From assembly GCA_944321565.1 (NCBI GenBank), contig CALULT010000010.1, positions 16-64,015 of the forward strand: 64,000 nt of DNA, given 5' to 3'. A program made the position numbers and the translations under genes. This stretch comes from an uncultured Paraprevotella sp. (GTDB taxonomy: Bacteria; Bacteroidota; Bacteroidia; Bacteroidales; Bacteroidaceae). Positions 15,669 to 25,254 of the stretch are shown here, piece by piece (within the stretch, counting starts at the first letter, position 1; every line of letters begins with the position of its first letter). The notes beneath the pieces are model-generated. The model searched no databases, was not told the DNA's origin, and worked only from the letters and a program-made list of their open reading frames with translations.

Positions 15669-16085
15669 ACTCAAGTTTCGGATTTAGAAATTAGGCAGTT
15701 TGGGCGTAGCTCTGAGTGCAGCCAACCTCTTGTCGTTCTCAAGAACCTGCATAGTCAGCTCGTCTGAGTCCGCCCCGATAAGTTCTGCTACCACCGCCAC
15801 GACTTCCACTATAATCCCCCATATTTTCTCGACGACAGTCAGCTCATGAACTCCCATGTATATGTCTTCGAACAGCCCTCAGATGGTGTCGTAGTCAAGC
15901 GTCCTCTTTATGGAAGCGAGCATGTTATAGCGTATCATGACCAATGACACATGGGCTATGTGTGCGGAAAAATCGCGTGAAGAGCAGTCGGCGAGCCCGG
16001 GCATCCGCTTGCTGTCGGAGAAGAAGACCTCGATGCTCCGGCGCATTGAGTAGATTTCATAGGCGCACATGAATTCGGCATCCAA
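15669..16085 (-). pseudogene. IS4-family DDE transposase, C-terminal fragment plus IS terminus (copy B)
   Basis: ORF 15879..16085 carries the IS4 Y(2)R(3)E(6)K signature (YSMRRSIEVFFSDSK). It has no N-terminal DDE region. The reading frame breaks at 15879 while the similarity to copy A continues down to the terminus at 15669. Confidence 0.75.
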
Positions 16086-16269
16086 TGATTAAGCGATTTC
16101 CAACACCGACTAGCTATTTTTCTGAATTTCCTTATATATCTTTAGCCTAAAGATACAACTTTTTCGAGCACGAAAAGAATCTCGCTTTTTTCCGCCCCCG
16201 TTTTTTGCGGTTCGGGATTTTATTGATAACTTGCCGCGCCAAAATTATTGAGTGCACCAAAAGCAAACC

Positions 16270-17532
16270 ATGAAGATATTGCATACTGCCGACCTGCACC
16301 TGGGGCAGGTCATTTACCAGAACTACGACCGCACCGACGAACACGACTGCTTTTTCTCCCAGTTGGAGCAATGGTGCAGGGAGGAACGTCCCGACGCCTT
16401 GGTCGTGAGCGGCGACGTGTTCGACATACAGCAACCATCGGCCGCGACGTGGAAAAACTTCACCGACCGCTTCGTCCGCCTGCATGAGGCTTCGCCCGGC
16501 ATGCACATCGTCATCGTCGCGGGAAACCACGACTCCGCCTCCCGCATCCAATCCCACAACGCCGTGTGGAAACTGGCCGACGTGCATCTCGTCGGCATGC
16601 CGCCACCGGCCGGCCCAACTGCAGCAGACGGATGGCAAACGCGCTTCGTCGTCAAGTTGCCGGGCGGCTATGTCGTGGCATTGCCTTACATGACCGGGGA
16701 GCGCACCGCCACCCTCCAAGCCCTGCTCGACTTTGTAGAGGCTGACAACACGGACAGAAAACCGGTGGTCATGACAGGCCACCTGGCCGTCACCGGATGC
16801 GACACGACAGGCCACGATTTCGACATCGGGCACACCAGGACACAAGCCCCCGCCAGCCTCGGTACAGGATACGACTACCTCGCCCTGGGCCACATCCACA
16901 AACCGCAGACCATCGGGCACGAACAGGACTGCATGAACCCGGACGTGACCTATCCCGCTCCCGTCATCCGTTACGCGGGAAGTGCCCTGCACGTGAGCTG
17001 CGACGAGAATTATCCGCATACGGCCAGCTGCGTGGAAATCGACCGCCATGGCGGGCTGGTGCGCATCCGGCAACTACGCATCCGCGAGCTGCGGCATTTC
17101 TACACCCTCCCCTCGCCCGACACTTCGTTCACCTGCGCCGAAGATGCACTGGAAGGCATTCGGCAGTTCGCGGAAGAAAAGGGGAAGGGCTACATCCGCC
17201 TGCAAATAGACTGCCGCGCGTCGTTGCCTTCCGACTTCAGCCAAATGGCCTATGCCCTCATCGAACCTTACGGGGACGAGCTGCGCTACAACCCGAAAAT
17301 CCTGTGGACCGGCACACCGGACACCCCCAGGGAGGAGACCGCAAAGCCCAAATTCGAAGTGGCGGAAATCCAACAAATGACCGACCCCATGCTTTTCATC
17401 GAAAAGACCTGGGCACAGTACCCTGAACTTGACTTGGACGAAGTGCGCGAAGCTTTTGTCGAGATAGAGGCGGAAATGAAACGCATGGAGGAAGAAGACA
17501 GCACATCCGGCAAAAAGGCCAAAAAGAACTGA
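16270..17532 (+). CDS. sbcD: Exonuclease SbcCD, nuclease subunit D (Mre11-like)
   Basis: MKILHTADLHLGQ, VSGDVFD and AGNHDS are calcineurin-like phosphoesterase motifs. The ATG at 16270 was chosen over the track start at 16252. Confidence 0.9.
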   Translation: MKILHTADLHLGQVIYQNYDRTDEHDCFFSQLEQWCREERPDALVVSGDVFDIQQPSAATWKNFTDRFVRLHEASPGMHIVIVAGNHDSASRIQSHNAVWKLADVHLVGMPPPAGPTAADGWQTRFVVKLPGGYVVALPYMTGERTATLQALLDFVEADNTDRKPVVMTGHLAVTGCDTTGHDFDIGHTRTQAPASLGTGYDYLALGHIHKPQTIGHEQDCMNPDVTYPAPVIRYAGSALHVSCDENYPHTASCVEIDRHGGLVRIRQLRIRELRHFYTLPSPDTSFTCAEDALEGIRQFAEEKGKGYIRLQIDCRASLPSDFSQMAYALIEPYGDELRYNPKILWTGTPDTPREETAKPKFEVAEIQQMTDPMLFIEKTWAQYPELDLDEVREAFVEIEAEMKRMEEEDSTSGKKAKKN

Positions 17533-17551
17533 CACGACAAGCCACACCGTC

Positions 17552-20500
17552 ATGAAAATAAAAAAACTGCATATCAGAAACATCGCGTCCATAGAGCAAG
17601 GAGACATTGACTTCGGAAACGGGCTGCGCGACGCCGTGAGCGGCGAAACAGCCCCCCTCTTCCTCATCAGCGGCGACACCGGCGCGGGAAAGACCGTCAT
17701 CCTGGACTGCATCTCCATGGCTTTGTACAAGAAAACCCCGCGGCTGGACTGCGTAACGAACATCACGAAAAACGACTATGTCAACGCGGAAGGCGAAACG
17801 TTGCGGGTGGCCAGCATCGAACAATACACCCGGCTCGGCATCTCGGAACGCGACCCGTCTTACAGCGAAGTGGAATTTGAAGGCAACGACGGCATCATTT
17901 ACCACGCCCGGCTCACCTTGGGGATGCAACGCTCCCGTAAACAGCTCAAACACCGCTCACCTAAATGGGAAGTGAAAAAAGGAGATGCCGACTGGCTGTC
18001 GGGCAACAACGAGGTGGCCGGCATCATCATGCAAGCTGTGGGGCTCAGCTTCGAACAGTTCGGACGCATGGCCATGCTGGCGCAAGGACAATTTGCCACT
18101 TTCCTCACCGGCAACAAGTCGGAACGCGAAGCCATCCTGGAACAACTGACCAACACGGAACGCTTCTCCAAATACGGCACGGCCATCAAGAACCTTTTCG
18201 ACCGGGCAAAAGCCGCATGTGGACAGGTGCAGGCCGAACACGACACAGAAGCGGCGCACATTCTGAAAGACGAAGAGAAACTGGCTCTCCTCGACAATCA
18301 AGCAAAGCTGGAAACGAACAAGAAAGAACTGGAAACAAAAGTCCGTCTCAACGAGGAACGGCTTGCCCTTGTCGGTACCATAGAAAAATGCAGAAAAGAC
18401 ATCGCCGCAGCCCTGCAGGCATTGGAGATTTTGGAGAAAACCATGCAGGAAGAGGCGTACAAAGCGGATGCCGCACTCGTCCACGGATGGGACAACACCA
18501 CCAGCCAACGCCAAGCCTGGACAAAAATGAAAGACGCACAGGAAAAGCGGGACAAGACCCACATGAAAGAACCTGTGCGCCACGCCGCTTTCCAAAGGCT
18601 CGCCGCCGACTTGGCGCAACGCGACAACGACATTCTCCTGCTGAACAAGCACATAGAAGACCTTCGGCAATGGCTGGACAAGCATAAGGATTGGGAGGGG
18701 ATTTACGGCAAAGCGGGCGAAATCATCCAAAAAATCCGCCAATATGACGAAGTCAGGAAAGGACTGCAAAGCCTGTCCTGCAAAATCCAGGCCGAAGCTT
18801 TGAAAACTTCAGTCCTGAAAGACGAAGCGGAAAGAACCACACGGCAAGCCATGCTGGCGGCCAAGGCGGTGGCCGAAAAACAAAAAGCCATAGACGGCCT
18901 GAACAGGCAACGGGAGGAGTTGAACCCGGCCTCGGTCAACCGGCAACTTGACACGGCCAACACCATGTACGCCCAATTGTCCCAGCTCAGGCAAACACTG
19001 CAAACCATCGGAAGCGATGCGGACGGACTGGAAAAGCTCGGACTGGAGGTCAAACAACAAGAAGAGAGGCTCGCCGCACTGCAAAAGACAACCGTAGAAG
19101 CCGAAACAGCCTACAGGATGGCCCGCGAAAGGGACGAAAAAGCCAACAACCTGCTCCACACCATGCAGACCAGCCTCGAAACGCACCTCGTCACGCTGCG
19201 CAAAAGGCTCGCCGAAGAACAAGCCGACACTTGCCCCCTCTGCGGGCAACCTATCGCCCACGCTCTCCTTCACCAGGACTTCAAGACGATGCTGTCGCCC
19301 CTTGAGCAAGAAAAAGCCGCCACGGGAACGGCCTTGGCCAAAGCCTTTGCCGCATACGAGGAAGCCAAAAAGAAAAGCGACACCCTGCACGGCATGCTCC
19401 AGACGCAAAAGACACAGCTGTCCCGGCAAAAGGAAAGGCTCGACACCCAAAAATCACAGGCTTCCCGCACGGCGCAACAGTTGAGCCTCAACACGGCGCA
19501 ACCCATGCTCCCGCAAGTGGAAGCCGCCATCGGCTCCGCGACCCAAACCATCAACCGCCTCAAGACCCTTCAGAAGGAAGCCGAGGAACTGCAACTCAAA
19601 ATCGCCCGCTTATTGGACGAGAAAAAAACGCTTGACGCAGCCAAAGAAGACGCGGAAAAAGCCCAGGTCCGGGCCGAAAAGGCCATTGAAGCTAACGCCA
19701 GGGAGATGCGCCACCTGCACGAGCAGGAAGAAGCCGGCAAACAGGCTTCAGACAACCTGGATGCCGACCTGGCCTCCGCGTTAGGCAACCTGATGGCGGA
19801 CTGGAAAAAAGATACCGCCGCCACCAAAGACGCCCTCGCCGCCGGTGCCGGCACATACGCCAACCAGAAGGCCGCGCTCGAAAACGCCCTGCAACGGCTA
19901 AAGGCAACAACAACCCTGACCGCCTCCATCGCCGGCATACGCGACAAAATCCTGGAATGCCGCGCCAGTTGGGCCGCACCTGCCATGCCGGCGGCATACG
20001 CCTGCCCGGACATCTACGCCGAATGGACAAGACTGTTTGCCGACATTGACACGGCCACGAAGGACATTGGCGAATGCACCCGCACCATTGCCGCCTGCGA
20101 ATCGGTGCTGAAAGATTTCTACAAGGCTTCCGGCATGACGGAAACCGCCCTCGCCGCCCTCATCGCCAAGGAAGACGAACTGCCCGGAGCGCGCCAACGG
20201 CTCAACAACCTGCAAGCCAACGTCACTTCACGCCGCGATGCCATCGCCACGGCACGGGAACAACAGGCGGAAGCCATGGCAAAACTCGGCATCAGCAAAG
20301 AGCAAGACCTGCCCTCCCTGGCGGCCTTGCAAGACGAAAAAAACATGCTGACCCATGCGCGCGACCAACTCCTGGGCGAAATGACGGTGACCCGCAAACG
20401 GCTGGAAGACAACCTGCGCAACGAAGCCCGCTTCAAAGGCATTGCCGCACGGCTGGAAGCCGCGAAAAAAAGCCTTGCCAAATGGGACCGGCTGAATGCC

Positions 20501-20998
20501 CGCTTCGGAGGCACACGCTTCCGCACCCTCGTGCAGTCCTACGTCCTGCGCCCGTTGCTCAACAACGCCAACATCTATCTGGCCCGCATCACCGACCGCT
20601 ACAAACTGACCTGCAGCGAGGAAAACGAACAGCTCTCCATCTTGGTGCTCGACCGCTACAACAAAGAGCAGGTGCGCAGCGCGACAGTGCTCTCCGGCGG
20701 CGAACGTTTCATGATTTCCCTAGCCTTGTCGCTGGCCCTCTCCTCGCTCAACCGCCCCGGCATGAACATCGACATCCTGTTCATCGATGAAGGATTCGGC
20801 ACACTCGACGAGAAAAGTCTCGACTCCGTCATGTCCACCCTCGAACGCCTGCAGGAAATCGCCGGACAGAACGGGCGGCGCGTCGGCATCATCTCCCACC
20901 GCGAGGAACTGGACGAACGCATCGGCGTACAAATCCGCGTGGTCAAAAAAGGGGAAGGGCGCAGCCGCATCGAACTGCACGGGACGAGAGCTACATAA
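17552..20998 (+). CDS. sbcC: Exonuclease SbcCD, ATPase subunit C (Rad50-like)
   Basis: Walker A GDTGAGKT, long coiled coil, CPLCGQP zinc hook, signature LSGGE, Walker B ILFIDEGFG. Confidence 0.9.
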   Translation: MKIKKLHIRNIASIEQGDIDFGNGLRDAVSGETAPLFLISGDTGAGKTVILDCISMALYKKTPRLDCVTNITKNDYVNAEGETLRVASIEQYTRLGISERDPSYSEVEFEGNDGIIYHARLTLGMQRSRKQLKHRSPKWEVKKGDADWLSGNNEVAGIIMQAVGLSFEQFGRMAMLAQGQFATFLTGNKSEREAILEQLTNTERFSKYGTAIKNLFDRAKAACGQVQAEHDTEAAHILKDEEKLALLDNQAKLETNKKELETKVRLNEERLALVGTIEKCRKDIAAALQALEILEKTMQEEAYKADAALVHGWDNTTSQRQAWTKMKDAQEKRDKTHMKEPVRHAAFQRLAADLAQRDNDILLLNKHIEDLRQWLDKHKDWEGIYGKAGEIIQKIRQYDEVRKGLQSLSCKIQAEALKTSVLKDEAERTTRQAMLAAKAVAEKQKAIDGLNRQREELNPASVNRQLDTANTMYAQLSQLRQTLQTIGSDADGLEKLGLEVKQQEERLAALQKTTVEAETAYRMARERDEKANNLLHTMQTSLETHLVTLRKRLAEEQADTCPLCGQPIAHALLHQDFKTMLSPLEQEKAATGTALAKAFAAYEEAKKKSDTLHGMLQTQKTQLSRQKERLDTQKSQASRTAQQLSLNTAQPMLPQVEAAIGSATQTINRLKTLQKEAEELQLKIARLLDEKKTLDAAKEDAEKAQVRAEKAIEANAREMRHLHEQEEAGKQASDNLDADLASALGNLMADWKKDTAATKDALAAGAGTYANQKAALENALQRLKATTTLTASIAGIRDKILECRASWAAPAMPAAYACPDIYAEWTRLFADIDTATKDIGECTRTIAACESVLKDFYKASGMTETALAALIAKEDELPGARQRLNNLQANVTSRRDAIATAREQQAEAMAKLGISKEQDLPSLAALQDEKNMLTHARDQLLGEMTVTRKRLEDNLRNEARFKGIAARLEAAKKSLAKWDRLNARFGGTRFRTLVQSYVLRPLLNNANIYLARITDRYKLTCSEENEQLSILVLDRYNKEQVRSATVLSGGERFMISLALSLALSSLNRPGMNIDILFIDEGFGTLDEKSLDSVMSTLERLQEIAGQNGRRVGIISHREELDERIGVQIRVVKKGEGRSRIELHGTRAT

Positions 20999-21041
20999 GG
21001 AAACGCAAAACGGCATGCAAAAACAGTTGTTGAATTTCTTT

Positions 21042-21299
21042 AGAAACTGTTTTGAAATTATCGTGCGATGATTTGGGATGAGTTTTCGAGTCAGTTTTGC
21101 TTCCGTGATAAGGAAGATAGCAAGCTATCTGACGAAGAACAGAAGTGAAAAGTTTCGATTAAGCGAGAGCAAGGCAAGCTGGCTTGTCGTGCCGAGCGTG
21201 AGAAACTTATGTAACTGGCCGGAAAATCGCCCAAAGCACACACGAAAACGAGTACATCAAGCTAGAAAAAACTTTTTGTAGAAATTCAAAACAGTTTCT
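21042..21299. repeat. About 260-bp element bounded by a perfect 15-bp inverted repeat
   Basis: AGAAACTGTTTTGAA (21042-21056) is the exact reverse complement of TTCAAAACAGTTTCT (21285-21299). Internal short palindromes GATAGCaaGCTATC and CAAGCtgGCTTG. Confidence 0.6.
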
Positions 21300-21332
21300 T
21301 AAGCAAACGAAGCGAAAAACGGGATTTTTGTG

Positions 21333-21340
21333 TAACTTTG
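21333..21340 (+). promoter_or_regulatory. Bacteroides-type -7 box (TAACTTTG)
   Basis: Exact TAnnTTTG match, about 50 nt upstream of the ATG at 21392. Confidence 0.45.
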
Positions 21341-21391
21341 CAGGAAAAGAACAAAAATTCACAAGAATATCACGTCAAAACTCATATCAAC

Positions 21392-22753
21392 ATGGAAAAG
21401 AGAAAAAGATACTTCCTCTCGGAAGACGAAATCCCACGCTATTGGTATAACATCCAGGCCGACATGGTGAACAAACCCATGCCGCTGCTCAACCCGGCCA
21501 CACGCCAGCCGATGAAACCGGAAGACCTCTTCCCCATCTTTGCGGAAGAGGTGTCGCGGCAAGAACTCAACCAAACTGACACGTGGATAGAGATTCCCGA
21601 AGAAGTGCGCGAAATGTACAAATACTACCGCAGCACGCCGTTGGTGCGCGCCTACGGACTGGAAAAGGCACTCGGCACCCCGGCTCACATCTACTTCAAG
21701 AACGAAAGCGTCAGCCCAATCGGGTCGCACAAGCTCAACTCCGCACTGGCACAGGCTTACTATTGCAAAAAAGAGGGGGTGACGAACATCACAACCGAAA
21801 CGGGTGCCGGACAATGGGGTGCAGCCCTGGCCTACGCCGCCAAGGTGTTCGGGTTGGAAGCTGCCGTCTATCAGGTGAAAATCAGTTATGAGCAGAAACC
21901 CTACCGCCGCAGCATCATGCAGACCTTCGGCGCACAAGTGACACCCTCGCCCTCCATGTCCACCCGTGCAGGAAAGGACATCCTGACGCGCGAACCTAAC
22001 AACCAAGGCTCGTTGGGCACGGCCATCTCGGAAGCCGTGGAACTGGCGCGCGAAACACCAAACTGCAAATACACGCTCGGCTCCGTCATGAGCCACGTCA
22101 CCCTGCACCAGACCATCATCGGACTGGAAGCCGAGAAACAAATGGAAATGGCCGGCGAATATCCCGACGTCATCATCGGCTGCTTCGGTGGCGGCTCTAA
22201 CTTCGGCGGCATCAGCTTCCCCTTCATGCGCCACACCATCAAGGAAGGGCGCAAGACACGCTATGTGGCCGCAGAACCGGCTTCGTGCCCCAAACTGACG
22301 CGCGGGCATTTCCAATATGACTTCGGCGACGAGGCGGGCTACACACCGCTCCTCCCGATGTTCACCCTCGGCCACAACTTCATGCCCGCCAATATCCACG
22401 CGGGCGGACTGCGCTACCACGGTGCCGGTGTCATCGTGTCGCAGCTCCTGAAGGACAAGCTGATGGAAGCCGTTGACATCCAACAGCTGGAATCCTTCGA
22501 TGCCGGTACGCTCTTCGCCAAGGCCGAAGGCATCATCCCCGCGCCGGAATCGTGCCACGCCATCGCGGCTGCCATCCGCGAGGCCAATGCCTGCAAGGAA
22601 AGCGGCGAGGAGAAGGTCATCCTCTTCAACCTCTCAGGCCACGGACTCATCGACATGAGTGCCTACGACCAATACCTGGCCGGCAACCTGACCAATTCGG
22701 AACTGACCGACACGGACATCCAGCACAATCTGGACGAGATAAAGGACTTGTAA
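21392..22753 (+). CDS. TrpB-like PLP-dependent enzyme (tryptophan synthase beta, TrpB2 type)
   Basis: MEKRKRYFLSEDEIPRYWYN..., NESVSPIGSHKLN (PLP lysine region) and GCFGGGSNFGG. Typical long TrpB2 N-terminus. No trpA is adjacent. Confidence 0.85.
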   Translation: MEKRKRYFLSEDEIPRYWYNIQADMVNKPMPLLNPATRQPMKPEDLFPIFAEEVSRQELNQTDTWIEIPEEVREMYKYYRSTPLVRAYGLEKALGTPAHIYFKNESVSPIGSHKLNSALAQAYYCKKEGVTNITTETGAGQWGAALAYAAKVFGLEAAVYQVKISYEQKPYRRSIMQTFGAQVTPSPSMSTRAGKDILTREPNNQGSLGTAISEAVELARETPNCKYTLGSVMSHVTLHQTIIGLEAEKQMEMAGEYPDVIIGCFGGGSNFGGISFPFMRHTIKEGRKTRYVAAEPASCPKLTRGHFQYDFGDEAGYTPLLPMFTLGHNFMPANIHAGGLRYHGAGVIVSQLLKDKLMEAVDIQQLESFDAGTLFAKAEGIIPAPESCHAIAAAIREANACKESGEEKVILFNLSGHGLIDMSAYDQYLAGNLTNSELTDTDIQHNLDEIKDL

Positions 22754-22782
22754 ACACAACGCGTTTGCATGCGAATAAGAAA

Positions 22783-22820
22783 GGGCACGTTGGAACATGG
22801 AAATCCGACGTGCCCTTTTT
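22783..22820. terminator. Hairpin terminator between convergent genes
   Basis: GGGCACGT (22783-22790) pairs with ACGTGCCC (22808-22815), followed by TTTTT. Confidence 0.65.
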
Positions 22821-22872
22821 CAAACGTTTCAATGTCGCCTTCACACAAGCAGCCCGAATAACCCGGAATTTC

Positions 22873-25032
22873 TCAACCTCCCACTTCCAAATTCGTGAAA
22901 CGGGAAGTGACGCGGAATCCCGGATCGGGGTATTCGAAGAAAGGAAACCGGCATTCAGTCTCGCCTTCGGTATAACTCCAAAGGCTGGCATACTCGCCCA
23001 TGTCCTCCCCCATGGCTTGCAACTGCGCCAAGTAGCGGTAAACCGACTTGTTCTCACGGATATACACCTCAGGCATCCGGTCGATGACGGGACTATGGCG
23101 GCGGGTACGGTCGTGGTCGAAGCGCAGGACGCGCCGCCCGTCGGCCCCGATGCCGACCAATGCGAACGTCATACTCTTGCCGATGCCGGGAAGGTTGAGC
23201 ACGTTGCGGTCGCTGGCCACGAAAGGAATATCCTTCTCCATGCAGAACCGGCGCAAAACAGCATCCGGACGCGACGCGGCGCGCAAGCGTGCCATGCATT
23301 CCGCCTCGTCGGCAGGCGACAAACACCCGAAAGCCTTCTCCTCCTGCGTTTCCTGCAGGGAACGGGCGTTGGGCGCGAACACCTCGTAATTCTCCTCAAA
23401 GCCCTTCACCGAGAAAGTGTAATAGCACACCACACCCAGTCCGTTCAACACGCGGCGCAGCTTGGCCGTGTGCCCGCGGCGCGAAGCCGCCACGTTGTAA
23501 ACCAGCTGGTTGGTGACCGACCATCCGGTGGAAAGCAGCCGCCGGACAGCCTCGCGCGCCTCCGGCGTGACCTCCAAGGGCGACTGGAAATGCGTCTGGA
23601 TGAAAAACTGGCGGACGCCTGCCGCCGATGCCTTTTCACGGAACACGCGCAGGATGTCCAACAACTCGTCATCCACGCGCATGGGCAGGTAAACCGGCAG
23701 GCGCGTACCCAGGCGCACCCGCTGCAGCTCGGCATATTTCTCCCCGTCGGGACGAAGCCGGTTGGCCTCCCGTTTCCGCACAGCCATGCGATAGACGGCC
23801 TCCAGCAGATGGCGCAACGTGGCGTTGCGGCTCATCAGCGCGTCGCCTCCGGTAATCAGGATGTCGCGCAACTGGGTGTCCTGTTCGAAATATTCCATCA
23901 ACCTGCGCAGCCTCATGTTCCACGATTCTTTCGGTTTCAGGCTTTCCAACTCGAAATTCAGGCGTTTGCTTTGAAAATCGTACATCCGCTGGCAGGACGC
24001 GCAAAGCCCGCCACAAGCACGGCCCATCGTGTCGGGAATCAAAATGGCCACGTCCGGATAGCGTCGGTGGATGTTATGCCCGTCCGGCAAAATCCACCCG
24101 GCCACATTCGGCCGCCCCGCTTCCACCACGTCCTCGCGCTCCCAGGCACGGATATGCCCGAACGTGTCCACCAGCCCGGCGGAATAGAGCACGTAACTCC
24201 GGATGGCCGTGTCGTCATAGCCTTTGCCTGTGGGGTTCAACAAAGAAAGATAATAGGGCGTGACGAAGACCGGCATGCCTTTTTCCTGCGCACGGTGGTA
24301 TATGCGCAAAGTCTCCTCGTCCAAGGTGCCGCCCAGCATGCGGTTCAGTTCCGCCGCGCCCTTCACCGCCATAGCCAGATGGAAGCGGTAGTCCTGCCAC
24401 CATTGCTCCACAAGGGCCAGCTTCTCCTCCGCCCCGAGACCGGCCGGAAACACGTAACGCCCCGCCCCCGGGGAACGGTGCTCGATTTTCCGCACCAACA
24501 GTTCCATGATGCGCCGCTTGTTCTCCCGGCGCACCTCCATCACGTGCCTGTTCAACCCGTCGGGCCAACGCCTCATCCACCGGCGGAGCGTGTCCTTGTC
24601 CGGTCTCTCCGGACCCGTTTCCCGCAAACGGACGAACAAATGATAAACATCCAACGCGAAATCCACAGACAACCCCTCCAAGCCTCCGCGCCCCGTGAGG
24701 AAACGCCACAACAGGGACAAGGTTTCCAACCGGATATCCTCGTCGCGCGAGGATTCATGCACCGTTTTCCCTTCGCAGTCCGCCAACCGCCTCAACGTGG
24801 CCGCCGCGCTACCTGGCGTGGGAGTCCCGGGCAATGCCTCCCGCAACCGCTGCCGGAAGTCCATCCCGTCCCGGCACTGCAAAGCCAACGCCGTCCATTC
24901 CGGGAGTTTTTCCGCGAACCTGTTTCTTACTTCGTCCAATGTGATTGTGCTCTTCTGTGTTCTCATGCGTCCGTCTCCGTTTATTGCCTGTACGCCGGGG
25001 AAATCCGACAAAATGCGTACAAGCCCTTTCAT
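22873..25032 (-). CDS. KamA-family radical SAM protein (lysine-2,3-aminomutase-like, long 719-aa form)
   Basis: CGGLCASCQRMY (CxxxCxxC) and ILITGGDALM are KamA-like. The opposite-strand 856-aa ORF is low-complexity R/P/H/A-rich and was rejected. Confidence 0.85.
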   Translation of the reverse strand: MKGLVRILSDFPGVQAINGDGRMRTQKSTITLDEVRNRFAEKLPEWTALALQCRDGMDFRQRLREALPGTPTPGSAAATLRRLADCEGKTVHESSRDEDIRLETLSLLWRFLTGRGGLEGLSVDFALDVYHLFVRLRETGPERPDKDTLRRWMRRWPDGLNRHVMEVRRENKRRIMELLVRKIEHRSPGAGRYVFPAGLGAEEKLALVEQWWQDYRFHLAMAVKGAAELNRMLGGTLDEETLRIYHRAQEKGMPVFVTPYYLSLLNPTGKGYDDTAIRSYVLYSAGLVDTFGHIRAWEREDVVEAGRPNVAGWILPDGHNIHRRYPDVAILIPDTMGRACGGLCASCQRMYDFQSKRLNFELESLKPKESWNMRLRRLMEYFEQDTQLRDILITGGDALMSRNATLRHLLEAVYRMAVRKREANRLRPDGEKYAELQRVRLGTRLPVYLPMRVDDELLDILRVFREKASAAGVRQFFIQTHFQSPLEVTPEAREAVRRLLSTGWSVTNQLVYNVAASRRGHTAKLRRVLNGLGVVCYYTFSVKGFEENYEVFAPNARSLQETQEEKAFGCLSPADEAECMARLRAASRPDAVLRRFCMEKDIPFVASDRNVLNLPGIGKSMTFALVGIGADGRRVLRFDHDRTRRHSPVIDRMPEVYIRENKSVYRYLAQLQAMGEDMGEYASLWSYTEGETECRFPFFEYPDPGFRVTSRFTNLEVGG

Positions 25033-25214
25033 GCTTTAAATTTAAGCAAAAAAAAGGAGTCTGGCAAACGGAAGGAAATCCTTTTCAAGCTTTTTAGAAG
25101 AGATTATCAGAAGGAAAGATAAAAGCCTCCATCCATCATCTCCAAGACATAAGAAACTGTAATGAAGGTATTCATATCTGCGCTATGGGTTATTCGGGAT
25201 TAAGGCAAACTTCG

Positions 25215-25222
25215 TATCTTTG
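25215..25222 (+). promoter_or_regulatory. Bacteroides-type -7 box (TATCTTTG)
   Basis: Exact TAnnTTTG match, 33 nt upstream of the ATG at 25255. Confidence 0.5.
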
Positions 25223-25254
25223 CATCCACAGAAAAAAGACTTATTGACACGACA

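Noticed and set aside
16086-16269. Palindrome ATCTTTAG-C-CTAAAGAT (about 16136-16152) upstream of sbcD as a regulatory site or promoter.
   Set aside because: It is short (8 bp arms). The embedded TATCTTTA misses the TAnnTTTG consensus by one base, and it directly abuts the IS fragment, so its origin is ambiguous.
21042-21340. IR-bounded element as a Bacteroides-type invertible promoter for trpB2.
   Set aside because: The only exact -7 box (21333-21340) lies outside the inverted repeats. No site-specific recombinase gene is nearby, and the repeats do not resemble the known fin-site consensus.
22552-25122. 856-aa plus-strand ORF opposite the KamA-family gene. Similar long antisense ORFs occur at 12348-13781(-), 57357-58844(+), 21359-22558(-), 45752-47035(-), 42099-43496(+), 30998-32173(+), 16147-17073(-), 17957-18769(-) and 53166-54311(-).
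   Set aside because: Their translations are low-complexity (rich in R, P, H, G and A) with no recognisable motifs. The opposite strand in each case encodes a protein with clear family signatures. They are typical shadow ORFs of GC-rich coding DNA.
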